This document shows positions 1 through 8,504 of a stretch of 64,000 nucleotides of DNA, in pieces (positions within the stretch are counted from its first letter, which is position 1; each line of letters begins with the position of its first letter). A program made the translations under genes and the position numbers. A model generated the notes under the pieces. That model was not told the origin of the DNA and made no database searches. It was given only the letters and a program-made list of their open reading frames with translations. Origin of the DNA: Candidatus Micrarchaeota archaeon (GTDB lineage Archaea > Micrarchaeota > Micrarchaeia > Anstonellales > Bilamarchaeaceae); NCBI GenBank assembly GCA_038046805.1, contig JBBSVO010000007.1, positions 32,001 to 96,000 on the forward strand. The letters run 5' to 3'.

Positions 1-846
1 CTGAAACATATTGCCCTAAAATCGCACGGGGCAATGGTCTGGGGCGGGGGAATGAAACTCGCTCCTGTGGATGACAAATTAATCAGGATAAGAAATCCGC
101 TTTCACTTGACCCTGAGGGAATGCTTCTTGCGAGCATACTTGGAAAGAAGAAGTGTGTTGGTGCGGAATACGTGATTGTTGATTTGCCGGTCGGAAGAGG
201 CGCGAAAATAAATGACGTGGCACGGGCTAATGAACTCGCAAAGCATTTCATAAAAATAGGAAGCGAGATGGGCATGAAAATAGAGGCGCTGATTACTGAT
301 GGCGCAGAACCTATTGGAAACGGAATAGGGCCGGCATTGGAATGCAGGGATGTTATGCAGGTATTGGAGGGGACAGGACCCGAGGATTTGAAGCACAAAT
401 CCTGCATGATGGCTGGAAAGCTGCTTGAATTATGCGGAAAAGTGGGTGCAGGACAAGGTCATGGAATTGCATTGAAAATGCTCGAAAACGGAAAGGCGCT
501 TGCAAAAATGAGGGAAATTATCGGGCTTCAGGGTGGGGATCCAAAAGTAAAATCCGATTCAATTCCGATCGGAGAATACACGTATGACGTAAAATCCCAG
601 GTTGATGGCCAGATATTTCATATAGATAATAAAGTGATTTCAAAGATTGCCAGGCTTGCCGGAGCGCCATTTGATAAAGGAGCTGGAGTTTACCTCCACT
701 GCCTGAGAGGGGATAACATAAGAAAGGGGAATAAACTGTTCACAATTCATGCTGAAAGCGAGCCAAAATTAGGATTCGCGATAAAGGCATTGGAGAATCT
801 TGAACCGATTGAGATGAGGAAGATGATTTTGGGGACGATGCAATAA
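1..846 (+). CDS. deoA: AMP phosphorylase / thymidine phosphorylase family, C-terminal part (5' end outside window)
   Basis: Frame open from base 1. Motifs VWGG..LAPVDDKLI, ASILGKK, GNGIGPALE and a C-terminal AR.AGAP.DKGAG domain. Confidence 0.9.
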   Translation: MKHIALKSHGAMVWGGGMKLAPVDDKLIRIRNPLSLDPEGMLLASILGKKKCVGAEYVIVDLPVGRGAKINDVARANELAKHFIKIGSEMGMKIEALITDGAEPIGNGIGPALECRDVMQVLEGTGPEDLKHKSCMMAGKLLELCGKVGAGQGHGIALKMLENGKALAKMREIIGLQGGDPKVKSDSIPIGEYTYDVKSQVDGQIFHIDNKVISKIARLAGAPFDKGAGVYLHCLRGDNIRKGNKLFTIHAESEPKLGFAIKALENLEPIEMRKMILGTMQ

Positions 847-905
847 CTGACCCGCGAACCGTTTCGGATTCCCGGTTTCGCGTCTAGGTATATGATAAAT
901 CAGAC

Positions 906-1751
906 TCACAGACCAGAAGATGAAAGCGAAATATCCTCCAACGCAAGTCTAAAAGCAGGAAAAAAGTGATCTTCCCAGCCGTTGGATAGGAGATACTGCC
1001 ACAGTTGGATTAAAGGGGGGACATCAATGTGCGGAGTAATATCACGCTTAATCTCCATATTTATTACCCCGTATTTTCTCGCCCTTACGTGTCTTATCAG
1101 ATCCATAACTCGATTAAGATTCCTCAACAAATTCTCAAATATCAACTCTCTAGCCTGCACCCGTCCGATTTCAAACTGTTCTGGGTTTACGGCCTTAAAA
1201 AATCGTGGGAGATCTGGAAAGCTAAATGCAGTTCCGAAATCTATGTTTCGTGGCTGGTTATCTGAAGTTACTACCATATTCGGACTTCGTCTATCCCCTA
1301 GATTAAAAAGACAGATATACTCCGCCAATTTTCCACATCCTTGTGCAAACACAGGAAGTTTAATTATTTCATCTGGAGTATAGGATGTGTGATAGCCTGG
1401 AACATCTACAGTTACTAGCACATTTCCAGCAAGAACATACGCAATTGGACTGTCCGTAAGCAGGTTGTTCAATTCAAGTGCAAGCGCCTCTCTTCTTGGG
1501 CCTTCTTCTACGTCCTTTATGTAGCATCTGGAATCCCTGCCATGATGATTTACCTGAACAACTACCACGTTCCGAAATTGCCGTTCCTCGTCAATGTCAT
1601 AAACAAAGTCATGACCCACGTAACAAACGTCAGCGCGAAAAACCGCCTTTGCGGCCTTTTCTATAAGTTCTGGTGAATCCACTATCTGCCTAAATGACGG
1701 CAGCCGGGCTAACCTGAGATACCGGTCAACAGGATGAAAATTAACACGCAT
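906..1751 (-). CDS. Atypical kinase-like protein (PI3K/PI4K- or HipA-like catalytic motifs)
   Basis: 281-aa ORF with YIK..E and GDRRSPN..IDFGTAF, resembling the DRHxxN catalytic loop and DFG motif. Confidence 0.55.
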   Translation of the reverse strand: MRVNFHPVDRYLRLARLPSFRQIVDSPELIEKAAKAVFRADVCYVGHDFVYDIDEERQFRNVVVVQVNHHGRDSRCYIKDVEEGPRREALALELNNLLTDSPIAYVLAGNVLVTVDVPGYHTSYTPDEIIKLPVFAQGCGKLAEYICLFNLGDRRSPNMVVTSDNQPRNIDFGTAFSFPDLPRFFKAVNPEQFEIGRVQARELIFENLLRNLNRVMDLIRHVRARKYGVINMEIKRDITPHIDVPPLIQLWQYLLSNGWEDHFFPAFRLALEDISLSSSGL

Positions 1752-1799
1752 GAATATATTGGTATGTGTGAAAAGTTATAAAGATTGGTATTTGGGAGT

Positions 1800-2213
1800 T
1801 TACCATCTCTTCAGCACAATAAACGTCTTCGTATCGGCAACGCTACGCAATTTTCGCAATCTGTCTATCTTTGAATCAATTTCTGTAAGGCTTGCGCCTT
1901 CGAGGATAAGGCATCCGTCGTATTCTCCGGAGATTTCATAAGTTTCCTTTGCTATCTTGTGCACCGCAACTTCGGCCATCATCTTTTTTGTATCCGCGCG
2001 CGCTTTGAGCATCACGACTGCATAGTATGACGCGGAAGCTCCTCTTGTTTCGATTGTGAACCGCTCTATGGCACGACTTGCGGTCAGAACCTCAATTCTG
2101 TGGCGTACCGCGCCTTCCGTCAGGCCGACGGCTTTTGCAATTTCAACATTGGAAATGCGGGAGTTTTGTTTCAGAAAAGAGAGTATGTGCACGTCTGTGT
2201 CATCAAGCTTCAT
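1800..2213 (-). CDS. Lrp/AsnC family transcriptional regulator (LysM-like)
   Basis: LDDTD..IL..L..NSR.SNVEIAK.VGLTEGAVR.RI HTH, followed by a RAM domain with YEISGEYD. Confidence 0.9.
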   Translation of the reverse strand: MKLDDTDVHILSFLKQNSRISNVEIAKAVGLTEGAVRHRIEVLTASRAIERFTIETRGASASYYAVVMLKARADTKKMMAEVAVHKIAKETYEISGEYDGCLILEGASLTEIDSKIDRLRKLRSVADTKTFIVLKRW

Positions 2214-2245
2214 GAAAGTGAATGGCGCGGTAAATTATATAAGGA

Positions 2246-2328
2246 TTGCGATTTTCGTAATATTACGATATTCGCAGAATGACATGATTATATTACTAAT
2301 TTCGTAACTAAATTACGATATATTTAAA
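2246..2328. promoter_or_regulatory. Array of Lrp-type palindromic sites plus TATA box in a divergent promoter
   Basis: TTGCGATTTTCGTAA (2246-2260), TTACGATATTCGCAG (2263-2277), TTACTAATTTCGTAA (2293-2307) and a TTACGAT half site (2313), then TATTTAAA (2321-2328). Confidence 0.65.
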
Positions 2329-2354
2329 AACTGTTCGGTCCAGAAGAATAAACT

Positions 2355-2429
2355 ATGCAAACAATCAGAATGGCTGCTCTCGAAGTCGCTCATTTTTGGA
2401 AAAAGCTCAAGGCCCGCTGCCGGGCATGA
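2355..2429 (+). CDS. Putative 24-aa leader peptide MQTIRMAALEVAHFWKKLKARCRA
   Basis: ATG lies about 27 nt after the TATA box, as expected for a leaderless start. The ORF is followed by T-rich tracts and is below the ORF-track cutoff. Confidence 0.35.
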   Translation: MQTIRMAALEVAHFWKKLKARCRA

Positions 2430-2529
2430 TATCTAGTCAAAAGTCTGGAAATTTTGAGTTTTATTTGAATTTTGTTTTACTCGAAAATAGGAATTGAAAT
2501 ATTTAAAACAATAAAAGAAGGTGAAAATC

Positions 2530-3753
2530 ATGATAACAAGAACTACAGAACAACGAAGAACGCTGCTGAGGCGAGATACAGTATTCAGCACTGAAAGCGA
2601 ATTCGCACTTTTTGATGCCAGGGGGAGGCCACTGGGCAGGAAAGAAACTGGAGATGTGATTGAACGAGCCAGAAACGAGTTCGGCAGTAAAATGAGGTGG
2701 CGACAAACCGAAGTAGTAGAAGAGGTTGCCCCAAATGCTATAGAATTGAAAATATGCTTCTCAACAGTGGCAGAGATAAGGGAAGACCTTGCAGGGGCGT
2801 ATAGAATAATGGGAAGACTGATTGCCCAGCTTGGAATTCAAATCATAGCAACCTCCCAGCCAACCACCAGAGGGGCAATAGGAGAAGGATTGACACATTT
2901 CCTGAGCACGGATATTTTCCAAAGATCGGCAATGGATCTGGCAGCTACGAATTCAATCCAATTCCACGTAGGAATAGGGAATTTTGATGAAGGAGCGGCG
3001 ATATATAATGCAGCGAATAGGTTCGCGGCCCCTGTGCTTGCCCTGACGCAATGTGCGATTATAAATGGTCGGGAACGTGGAAGGACCAGTTTAATGGCCG
3101 AATTCTTTGAGAACCTTCCTCCTGAACTGGCAAATCCCTGGAACATGCGAGAAGCCGGAGATTACGCAAAAGGGATGGAAGCTGCAAGGCAGCGGGTTGA
3201 GGAGATCGTTCGCAGAATGACGCCTGAAAGAATTAGCGAACTTGCCGCAAGATACCCCACATTTGTAACGGCAGACGGACGAGTACTACAATGGACCGCG
3301 GATAAAATCTTTCAACCTGCAAGAATGAGATTGGATAAAGCAGTCCCTGGGATGGGCCTTATTGGAAGCGTTGAATTCAGACCTATTGACGGGCAACCAA
3401 CACTTCAGGCAACTATTGCAGCAATTGAACTGGCAATTGGATTGCTTGCACAGCCACTGGTTCATCATACAGATATACTGGAAGGAGCAGAGATGGAAAT
3501 CGGAGAGGTTACCCGAAGAATAGCAGAATATGGTGTTTCCGCAATAAGCTGGAACGGACTTGGGAATGAAAGGAATGCCCACAGATGTGCAATAACCGGA
3601 CTCACCGGTATCGGATTGGTACCTCAATATCTTTCAGAGTTGCAACCACTTGATGGTGGAAGCGCGGAGTTCAGGATTATACGTCCCTCGATGCCTCCAG
3701 AAGATATTGTAAGAATAAACCATATCAGGTTCATGCAAAGCATAGCGCAATGA
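2530..3753 (+). CDS. Carboxylate-amine ligase, glutamate-cysteine ligase (GCS2/YbdK)-like
   Basis: ExE motif (STESEFALFD), IELK, SIQFHVG, R.D..SVEFRPIDGQP. AGGTGA Shine-Dalgarno before ATG 2530. Confidence 0.7.
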   Translation: MITRTTEQRRTLLRRDTVFSTESEFALFDARGRPLGRKETGDVIERARNEFGSKMRWRQTEVVEEVAPNAIELKICFSTVAEIREDLAGAYRIMGRLIAQLGIQIIATSQPTTRGAIGEGLTHFLSTDIFQRSAMDLAATNSIQFHVGIGNFDEGAAIYNAANRFAAPVLALTQCAIINGRERGRTSLMAEFFENLPPELANPWNMREAGDYAKGMEAARQRVEEIVRRMTPERISELAARYPTFVTADGRVLQWTADKIFQPARMRLDKAVPGMGLIGSVEFRPIDGQPTLQATIAAIELAIGLLAQPLVHHTDILEGAEMEIGEVTRRIAEYGVSAISWNGLGNERNAHRCAITGLTGIGLVPQYLSELQPLDGGSAEFRIIRPSMPPEDIVRINHIRFMQSIAQ

Positions 3754-3763
3754 GGGAGAAAAA

Positions 3764-4849
3764 ATGGCAAGAAGATTGAGAACTGAAAATGAGAATAGAC
3801 AACATCGTGTGGTAGTGCCACCAAACAGCATAGGTTTAGCTTGGCCACCTAGATATGATGCACACAATCAAAGGATAATCGGAAGTTATCCCCTAATAGT
3901 TGATACCATCCCTAGTGCGCTTAAACTAGCACAAGAAATCGATAGAGCATTGCAGAGTAAAGTAAGTCGTCTGACGGTAAGGGCAATATTTGAAGTGCCA
4001 TTTGGAATACATGCTCATCCAAGATTAGACGAGTACTGGGACATGGTTAACGCATTTAACCGCAGGTTGAATGCGATAAATCAAAGAGCAAGAATTGAGG
4101 CTTCTGTCCCTTTTGGATGTTATATTGATCCGTATTGCCGCAACTTTAATGTGATATATGTTGGATGTAACTCATTAGAAAGAAGAGCTACAGAGACAAT
4201 TCGAGACGCAGAAATAGTTGATATAGAGAGAATCAGTAGGAAATTCGGACCTACAACCGCAAGCGCAGCATACCCTAGATTAAAGTGGGAAGGCATAGTA
4301 ACAGAGCAGTTAAGATATCCGACAGCCGATGACATTAGCCGCATACTCTGGCTATACCGTCGAGCATTCCAGAAATATCACTTTCCAATAAATGAAGAAA
4401 GTGTTGAAACAATTGTGAAACACAGTATTATTACGCTAGTTGCACGGAATAGGCTCAAAGAGATAGTCGCATTACTTGTAGCTGAACATGCAAATTTGCC
4501 ACTCGGTTGTGCAGATATTAACCTTATAAAACTCGGAGAAGCCGTTACTGATAGAAAATATCGAAAACTAGACAGAGAAGACACGTTGGTAAATTTACTT
4601 ACTGTGCTTTATCACAAAATGAGTGAATTGTTGAGAAAAAGGTATAGCCAAAACGGTACGGTTATTTATTCAGAAACGAGAGCGCCCTGGGGTCCAGTAA
4701 ATATCGCTACACGAAGTGCTGGATTCGAGTATTGCGGTATGCTTTCACAGCACTGCACTATTGTAAGCGATCGAAGCCCTGAAATGCAATGTGGTGGCAA
4801 AATGAGATATAATGGCAATCTCGAAGACTTTGCAGTGTGGGTGCACTAA
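3764..4849 (+). CDS. GNAT-fold acetyltransferase resembling beta-lysine N-acetyltransferase (AblB/YodP)
   Basis: LYRRAF..Y.FPI, AVTD..YR and YSETRA..VN....AGFEYCG.L..HC.I...EDFAVW parallel the AblB C-terminal pattern. Confidence 0.55.
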   Translation: MARRLRTENENRQHRVVVPPNSIGLAWPPRYDAHNQRIIGSYPLIVDTIPSALKLAQEIDRALQSKVSRLTVRAIFEVPFGIHAHPRLDEYWDMVNAFNRRLNAINQRARIEASVPFGCYIDPYCRNFNVIYVGCNSLERRATETIRDAEIVDIERISRKFGPTTASAAYPRLKWEGIVTEQLRYPTADDISRILWLYRRAFQKYHFPINEESVETIVKHSIITLVARNRLKEIVALLVAEHANLPLGCADINLIKLGEAVTDRKYRKLDREDTLVNLLTVLYHKMSELLRKRYSQNGTVIYSETRAPWGPVNIATRSAGFEYCGMLSQHCTIVSDRSPEMQCGGKMRYNGNLEDFAVWVH

Positions 4850-4906
4850 TCTTTTTAGTTTCTTTCTTTTTTATTTATAGTATTATAGTATATATGGGTG
4901 AAAAAT

Positions 4907-6070
4907 ATGGAATCTTTGGAACTTCTTCGCAAACTCGTTTCCATAAACTCCGTCTTTCCGAACGAGCGCGAGCTTGCGGAATATTTGGAAAAGAAGCTGC
5001 GCGAACTTGGATTTACTATGAAAAGAATTCCAATTTCAGAAAACCGCTTCAATGTTGTTGGCGAACGCGGGACTGGTGGAAAGGCGGTTATGCTGTACGC
5101 GCACATGGACACAGTTGAGCCATACGGAACATGGGGCACAGACCCATTCACGTTGACTGAACAACCCGGTAATGAAGACAAACTAATTGGACTCGGCTCT
5201 GTTGATATGAAAGCAGGAATTGCAGCCATTCTTATCGCATGCGCAGACGAAGACGTGCGGAACAAAAACAAAAGGATAAAGATCGCGTTCGGGGTTGATG
5301 AGGAGAATATCTCCGAGGGAGCACAGGAAATAGCAAAAAGCGGATTCCTTAATGATGTGGAATTCTGTATTTCAACCGAAAGCCCGCATCCAGACGGGAT
5401 AGAACTCGGCCCAAAGGCACTTACGCTCGGAAGGCGCGGGAGATGTGTGATTGAGATTAATGTTCCGGGTCAATCCGCGCATGGGGCGAATCTTTCTCTT
5501 GGAAAGAATGCGATAAGCGAAGCGGCAAAATTGATTCCGAAACTCGAGGCACGTAATCAACAGATGAAATCACACGAACTTCTCCCACCCCCAACGCAAT
5601 TTATAAGAAAAATCCATGGAGAAAGCAACTCGTTATCCACTCCTGACAGCGTGACTCTTGAACTAGACAGGCATCTGGTTACTCCCGAAACACCGGAAAG
5701 CGCACTTGCGGAAACTCAAAAATTCATAGATTCACTTTATACAAATGGGGAATTTCGGGAAATTAACGGAAATAGGATAACCGCACGCTTAAAGGAAAGA
5801 AAAACGCCCTATCTCGCGCCATTCGTAACCGAAAAAAATAATCCGCACGTTATGAAATTCGCGGAAATAATCAAACAAAAATTCGGAAGCGGTCCTAAGT
5901 ATGGTTATGGATTATCCGTTGCTGATGAAAATATTTTTGCCGCACGTGGAGTCCCTGTCGCAGTAATCGGGGCAAAGGGCGGAAACGAGCATGCCGCGAA
6001 CGAATGGGTCTTCAAATCGAGCTATTTTGAGCTCATCGACGTGCTCAAAACATTTTTAAGGAGTTGCTAA
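4907..6070 (+). CDS. M20 family metallohydrolase (ArgE/DapE/LysK-like)
   Basis: Motifs AHMDTV, GLGSVDMKAG, DEE, G.SAHG and EHAANE. Confidence 0.9.
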   Translation: MESLELLRKLVSINSVFPNERELAEYLEKKLRELGFTMKRIPISENRFNVVGERGTGGKAVMLYAHMDTVEPYGTWGTDPFTLTEQPGNEDKLIGLGSVDMKAGIAAILIACADEDVRNKNKRIKIAFGVDEENISEGAQEIAKSGFLNDVEFCISTESPHPDGIELGPKALTLGRRGRCVIEINVPGQSAHGANLSLGKNAISEAAKLIPKLEARNQQMKSHELLPPPTQFIRKIHGESNSLSTPDSVTLELDRHLVTPETPESALAETQKFIDSLYTNGEFREINGNRITARLKERKTPYLAPFVTEKNNPHVMKFAEIIKQKFGSGPKYGYGLSVADENIFAARGVPVAVIGAKGGNEHAANEWVFKSSYFELIDVLKTFLRSC

Positions 6071-6085
6071 CCCCAATATAGGTTA

Positions 6086-6376
6086 CCCGCTTTAGCTCAA
6101 GGGCCTTTTTGACTTAGTATGTACTTAGGGCAAAAACCCCCGGGAAAAAGCCCTTAGGTAAAATAGTCGAAAGGGACGAGCATCGGTAGAGCGACTGGCT
6201 GTAGCATGTTCTCGGTATTTTTGCCGATTTACAGTCGTGGATACCAGTAGGTTGCTTGTTCAATCCCATATCCCCTTTCTTTAGGAAAGAAAGGGGCTGA
6301 GGGTTTCACCCCCAAAGAAAACTATTAATACTGGGGTATGAAATCCAGTAATGGGGAACAAATCAGGCAAGCGGGA
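6086..6376 (+). tRNA. tRNA-Tyr(GUA) with three introns (15/16, 37/38, 58/59)
   Basis: Exons 6086-6100, 6184-6204, 6243-6263 and 6362-6376 join into a complete cloverleaf: CCCGCTT/AAGCGGG acceptor, GCTC/GAGC D stem, ACTGG/CCAGT anticodon stem with CTGTAGA loop, GCTTG/CAGGC T stem with TTCAAAT loop. C1:G72 and A73 are the archaeal Tyr identity elements. A T8 tract follows. Confidence 0.9.
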
Positions 6377-6388
6377 TTTTTTTTATTG

Positions 6389-6423
6389 GTTACGAGTCCA
6401 GGGTTTTGAGTTTCGGGTTCCGA
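6389..6423. repeat. Degenerate heptamer tandem repeat
   Basis: GTTACGA|GTCCAGG|GTTTTGA|GTTTCGG|GTTCCGA. Confidence 0.55.
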
Positions 6424-6449
6424 CTCGATAAGAGTAATAGGTTTGTGAT

Positions 6450-7358
6450 ATGGTCAATGAATTTAATGGAAAAACCGTTCTTCAAGAGGCACCAGTGCCA
6501 ACTCTCAAGGATATCGTTAGCGTGCTCCTTAATCCGAAACCTGACGAAGCTGAAAAGGCTGCGCAGTACACGGACAAACTCCGAAGTTTACTCGGCAACC
6601 ATAAGATTGGCAGGATGGATATAGTGCTCATATTAGCCGCTTCAATGGAGCCATGCAAAGCAGCGATTAGCATGCTGGGCGAGCTTTTTCCGAACTTAAT
6701 CCCGTTGCGGACAACTGCCGAAGCATGGAAGCTAGTTACAGATAATCCTGGATTTTTGGTCACATTTGAAAAAAGATGCGGACAGCAGGTCTTACGAGAA
6801 GAAAGAAAATCCGTAATGACACTGCGAATGTTCGAGGCGGCGCTATTTTGGAATCCGCAGGAAGGGATATTTTTAACTTATCTACTTGATTCCAGACCAA
6901 AACGTAGCGAAATCGCGCGTTCCAAAGACCAAAGCAGCGGAGTTGATGCGGACGGGTTGTTTTATTCCGAGAGCCGACAAACTGCAGATGGCGAAAGGGC
7001 AACCGGGATTTCGGCAAGGCAGATAGCCGATCCGAACGTTGTTGATAGATTAATGGCTGGTTCTGAAGCAATGGAAGGAAACGAGGAAGTGCGGAAATGG
7101 CTTAACAAAAGATTGGTAACATTAGATGAAAGAGCCGAAAAAGTTTTGAGGATGAGGTTTGGAGTTACAATACCTGAAAATGCAAAACTGCCGAGCAAAG
7201 CGAATTGGGATACGCATCCGACAACTGCCGCAAGGGTCCAACTAGAAGAGTTAAGAATTTTGGACAGATTCAGGAAAAACGGGTTGGAGACAGATGTCCG
7301 AAATTCCGCCGCACGAAATGCCGATGCTGCCAGGAAAAGACGTTTAGCAAGCGGATAA
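6450..7358 (+). CDS. Hypothetical protein with C-terminal sigma70 region 4-like segment
   Basis: LVTLDERAEKVLRMRFGV...TTAARVQLEELRILDRFR parallels RpoD/SigA region 4 (LDTLTDREENVLRLRFGL...VTRERIRQIEAKALRKLR). Confidence 0.55.
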   Translation: MVNEFNGKTVLQEAPVPTLKDIVSVLLNPKPDEAEKAAQYTDKLRSLLGNHKIGRMDIVLILAASMEPCKAAISMLGELFPNLIPLRTTAEAWKLVTDNPGFLVTFEKRCGQQVLREERKSVMTLRMFEAALFWNPQEGIFLTYLLDSRPKRSEIARSKDQSSGVDADGLFYSESRQTADGERATGISARQIADPNVVDRLMAGSEAMEGNEEVRKWLNKRLVTLDERAEKVLRMRFGVTIPENAKLPSKANWDTHPTTAARVQLEELRILDRFRKNGLETDVRNSAARNADAARKRRLASG

Positions 7359-7361
7359 ATC

Positions 7362-8381
7362 TTATTTTAACGCGCCTCTCGGGAAATAGTTCAGCACATG
7401 ATCATGGAATATCGGGAAGGTTTCGTATGTGGAGATTATCTCTCCGAATCTGGTTCTTAATTCAACTAAAAAATCCTGGAATTCCCTGCTTGAAGATACT
7501 TCAACTTCTATTCCGATTCTCCAAAGACCCAAATGCTTGACTACAAATGTTACGTTTGGGTGTTTGAGGAACTCAACCAGTTGTTTTTCTAATTCCGGGC
7601 GATAGGAGTTTATCCCGAAAAAGATCACATGGGTTTCATACCCTAATTTTCTAGGGTGTATCCAAATCCGATACCCCAGAATTACATTGTTTTTTTCCAA
7701 TAGTTTTATCCTATTTTGTATGGTCTTGTAATTGACTTTTAATTTATTTCCTATCTCTAGGGCAGAAAGCCATGCGTTATTTGATAACAACGAAATTATC
7801 CCTTTGTCGAGTTCATCAAGCCTAATTCCAGCATCGTATTTCATCTCGTGAAAAAACTCTGTTCTTTTGACTTCATAATCAGGAAGCAGGTATTGCCTTG
7901 CCTGATCAGTTACGTTTATGTATGTGAGGACCTCGTATCTTTGTACGAACTTACCCCATTCTTCAAGGAATTTTTCAAATATCTTATTGAATGAAAACTG
8001 GTCCTCAACTATAAAATTTATTATGAAATCCCAATTCCCTCCGACTTCCCCTGCCCAAAAAACAGATGGATGGTTTTTCAGATATTCAATAAATTTTTCT
8101 TTTTCTGCTTTATTTATCTTATTAAGCTGAAGAATAATCCTAAACCATCGCTGACCAACAACTGCAGAATCAAAGATAGTAAATGCGCCTAATAACAATC
8201 CCTCTTTTTTCATGCGTTCCAAACGGTATTGAACAACCTGCCTGGATAGTCCAACGCGTTTTGCCAGTTCCTTTATGCCCATTCTGGCGTTCATATCCAA
8301 TTCCCGTATTATCTTGCGGTCTTTTAAGTCGATTTTTGGAATTTTTACTGTTTCGGTTGTATTGATTAAATTCTTTGGCAT
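7362..8381 (-). CDS. Lrp/AsnC regulator with two tandem HTH-RAM units
   Basis: Two HTH starts (IDLKDRKIIREL..NAR and LDELDKGIISLL..NA), each followed by a RAM-like domain. Start placed at ATG 8381. Confidence 0.85.
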   Translation of the reverse strand: MPKNLINTTETVKIPKIDLKDRKIIRELDMNARMGIKELAKRVGLSRQVVQYRLERMKKEGLLLGAFTIFDSAVVGQRWFRIILQLNKINKAEKEKFIEYLKNHPSVFWAGEVGGNWDFIINFIVEDQFSFNKIFEKFLEEWGKFVQRYEVLTYINVTDQARQYLLPDYEVKRTEFFHEMKYDAGIRLDELDKGIISLLSNNAWLSALEIGNKLKVNYKTIQNRIKLLEKNNVILGYRIWIHPRKLGYETHVIFFGINSYRPELEKQLVEFLKHPNVTFVVKHLGLWRIGIEVEVSSSREFQDFLVELRTRFGEIISTYETFPIFHDHVLNYFPRGALK

Positions 8382-8504
8382 AGGTTTACTTATTAGTAAT
8401 ATATTTAATAAATATTCCTGTTTAGCCAGTTTTTTGATAAAATGTTTTAAATATAAGAACTGCCATACAAATACCAGAAACAAACACAATTTGAGGTGAA
8501 ACCT

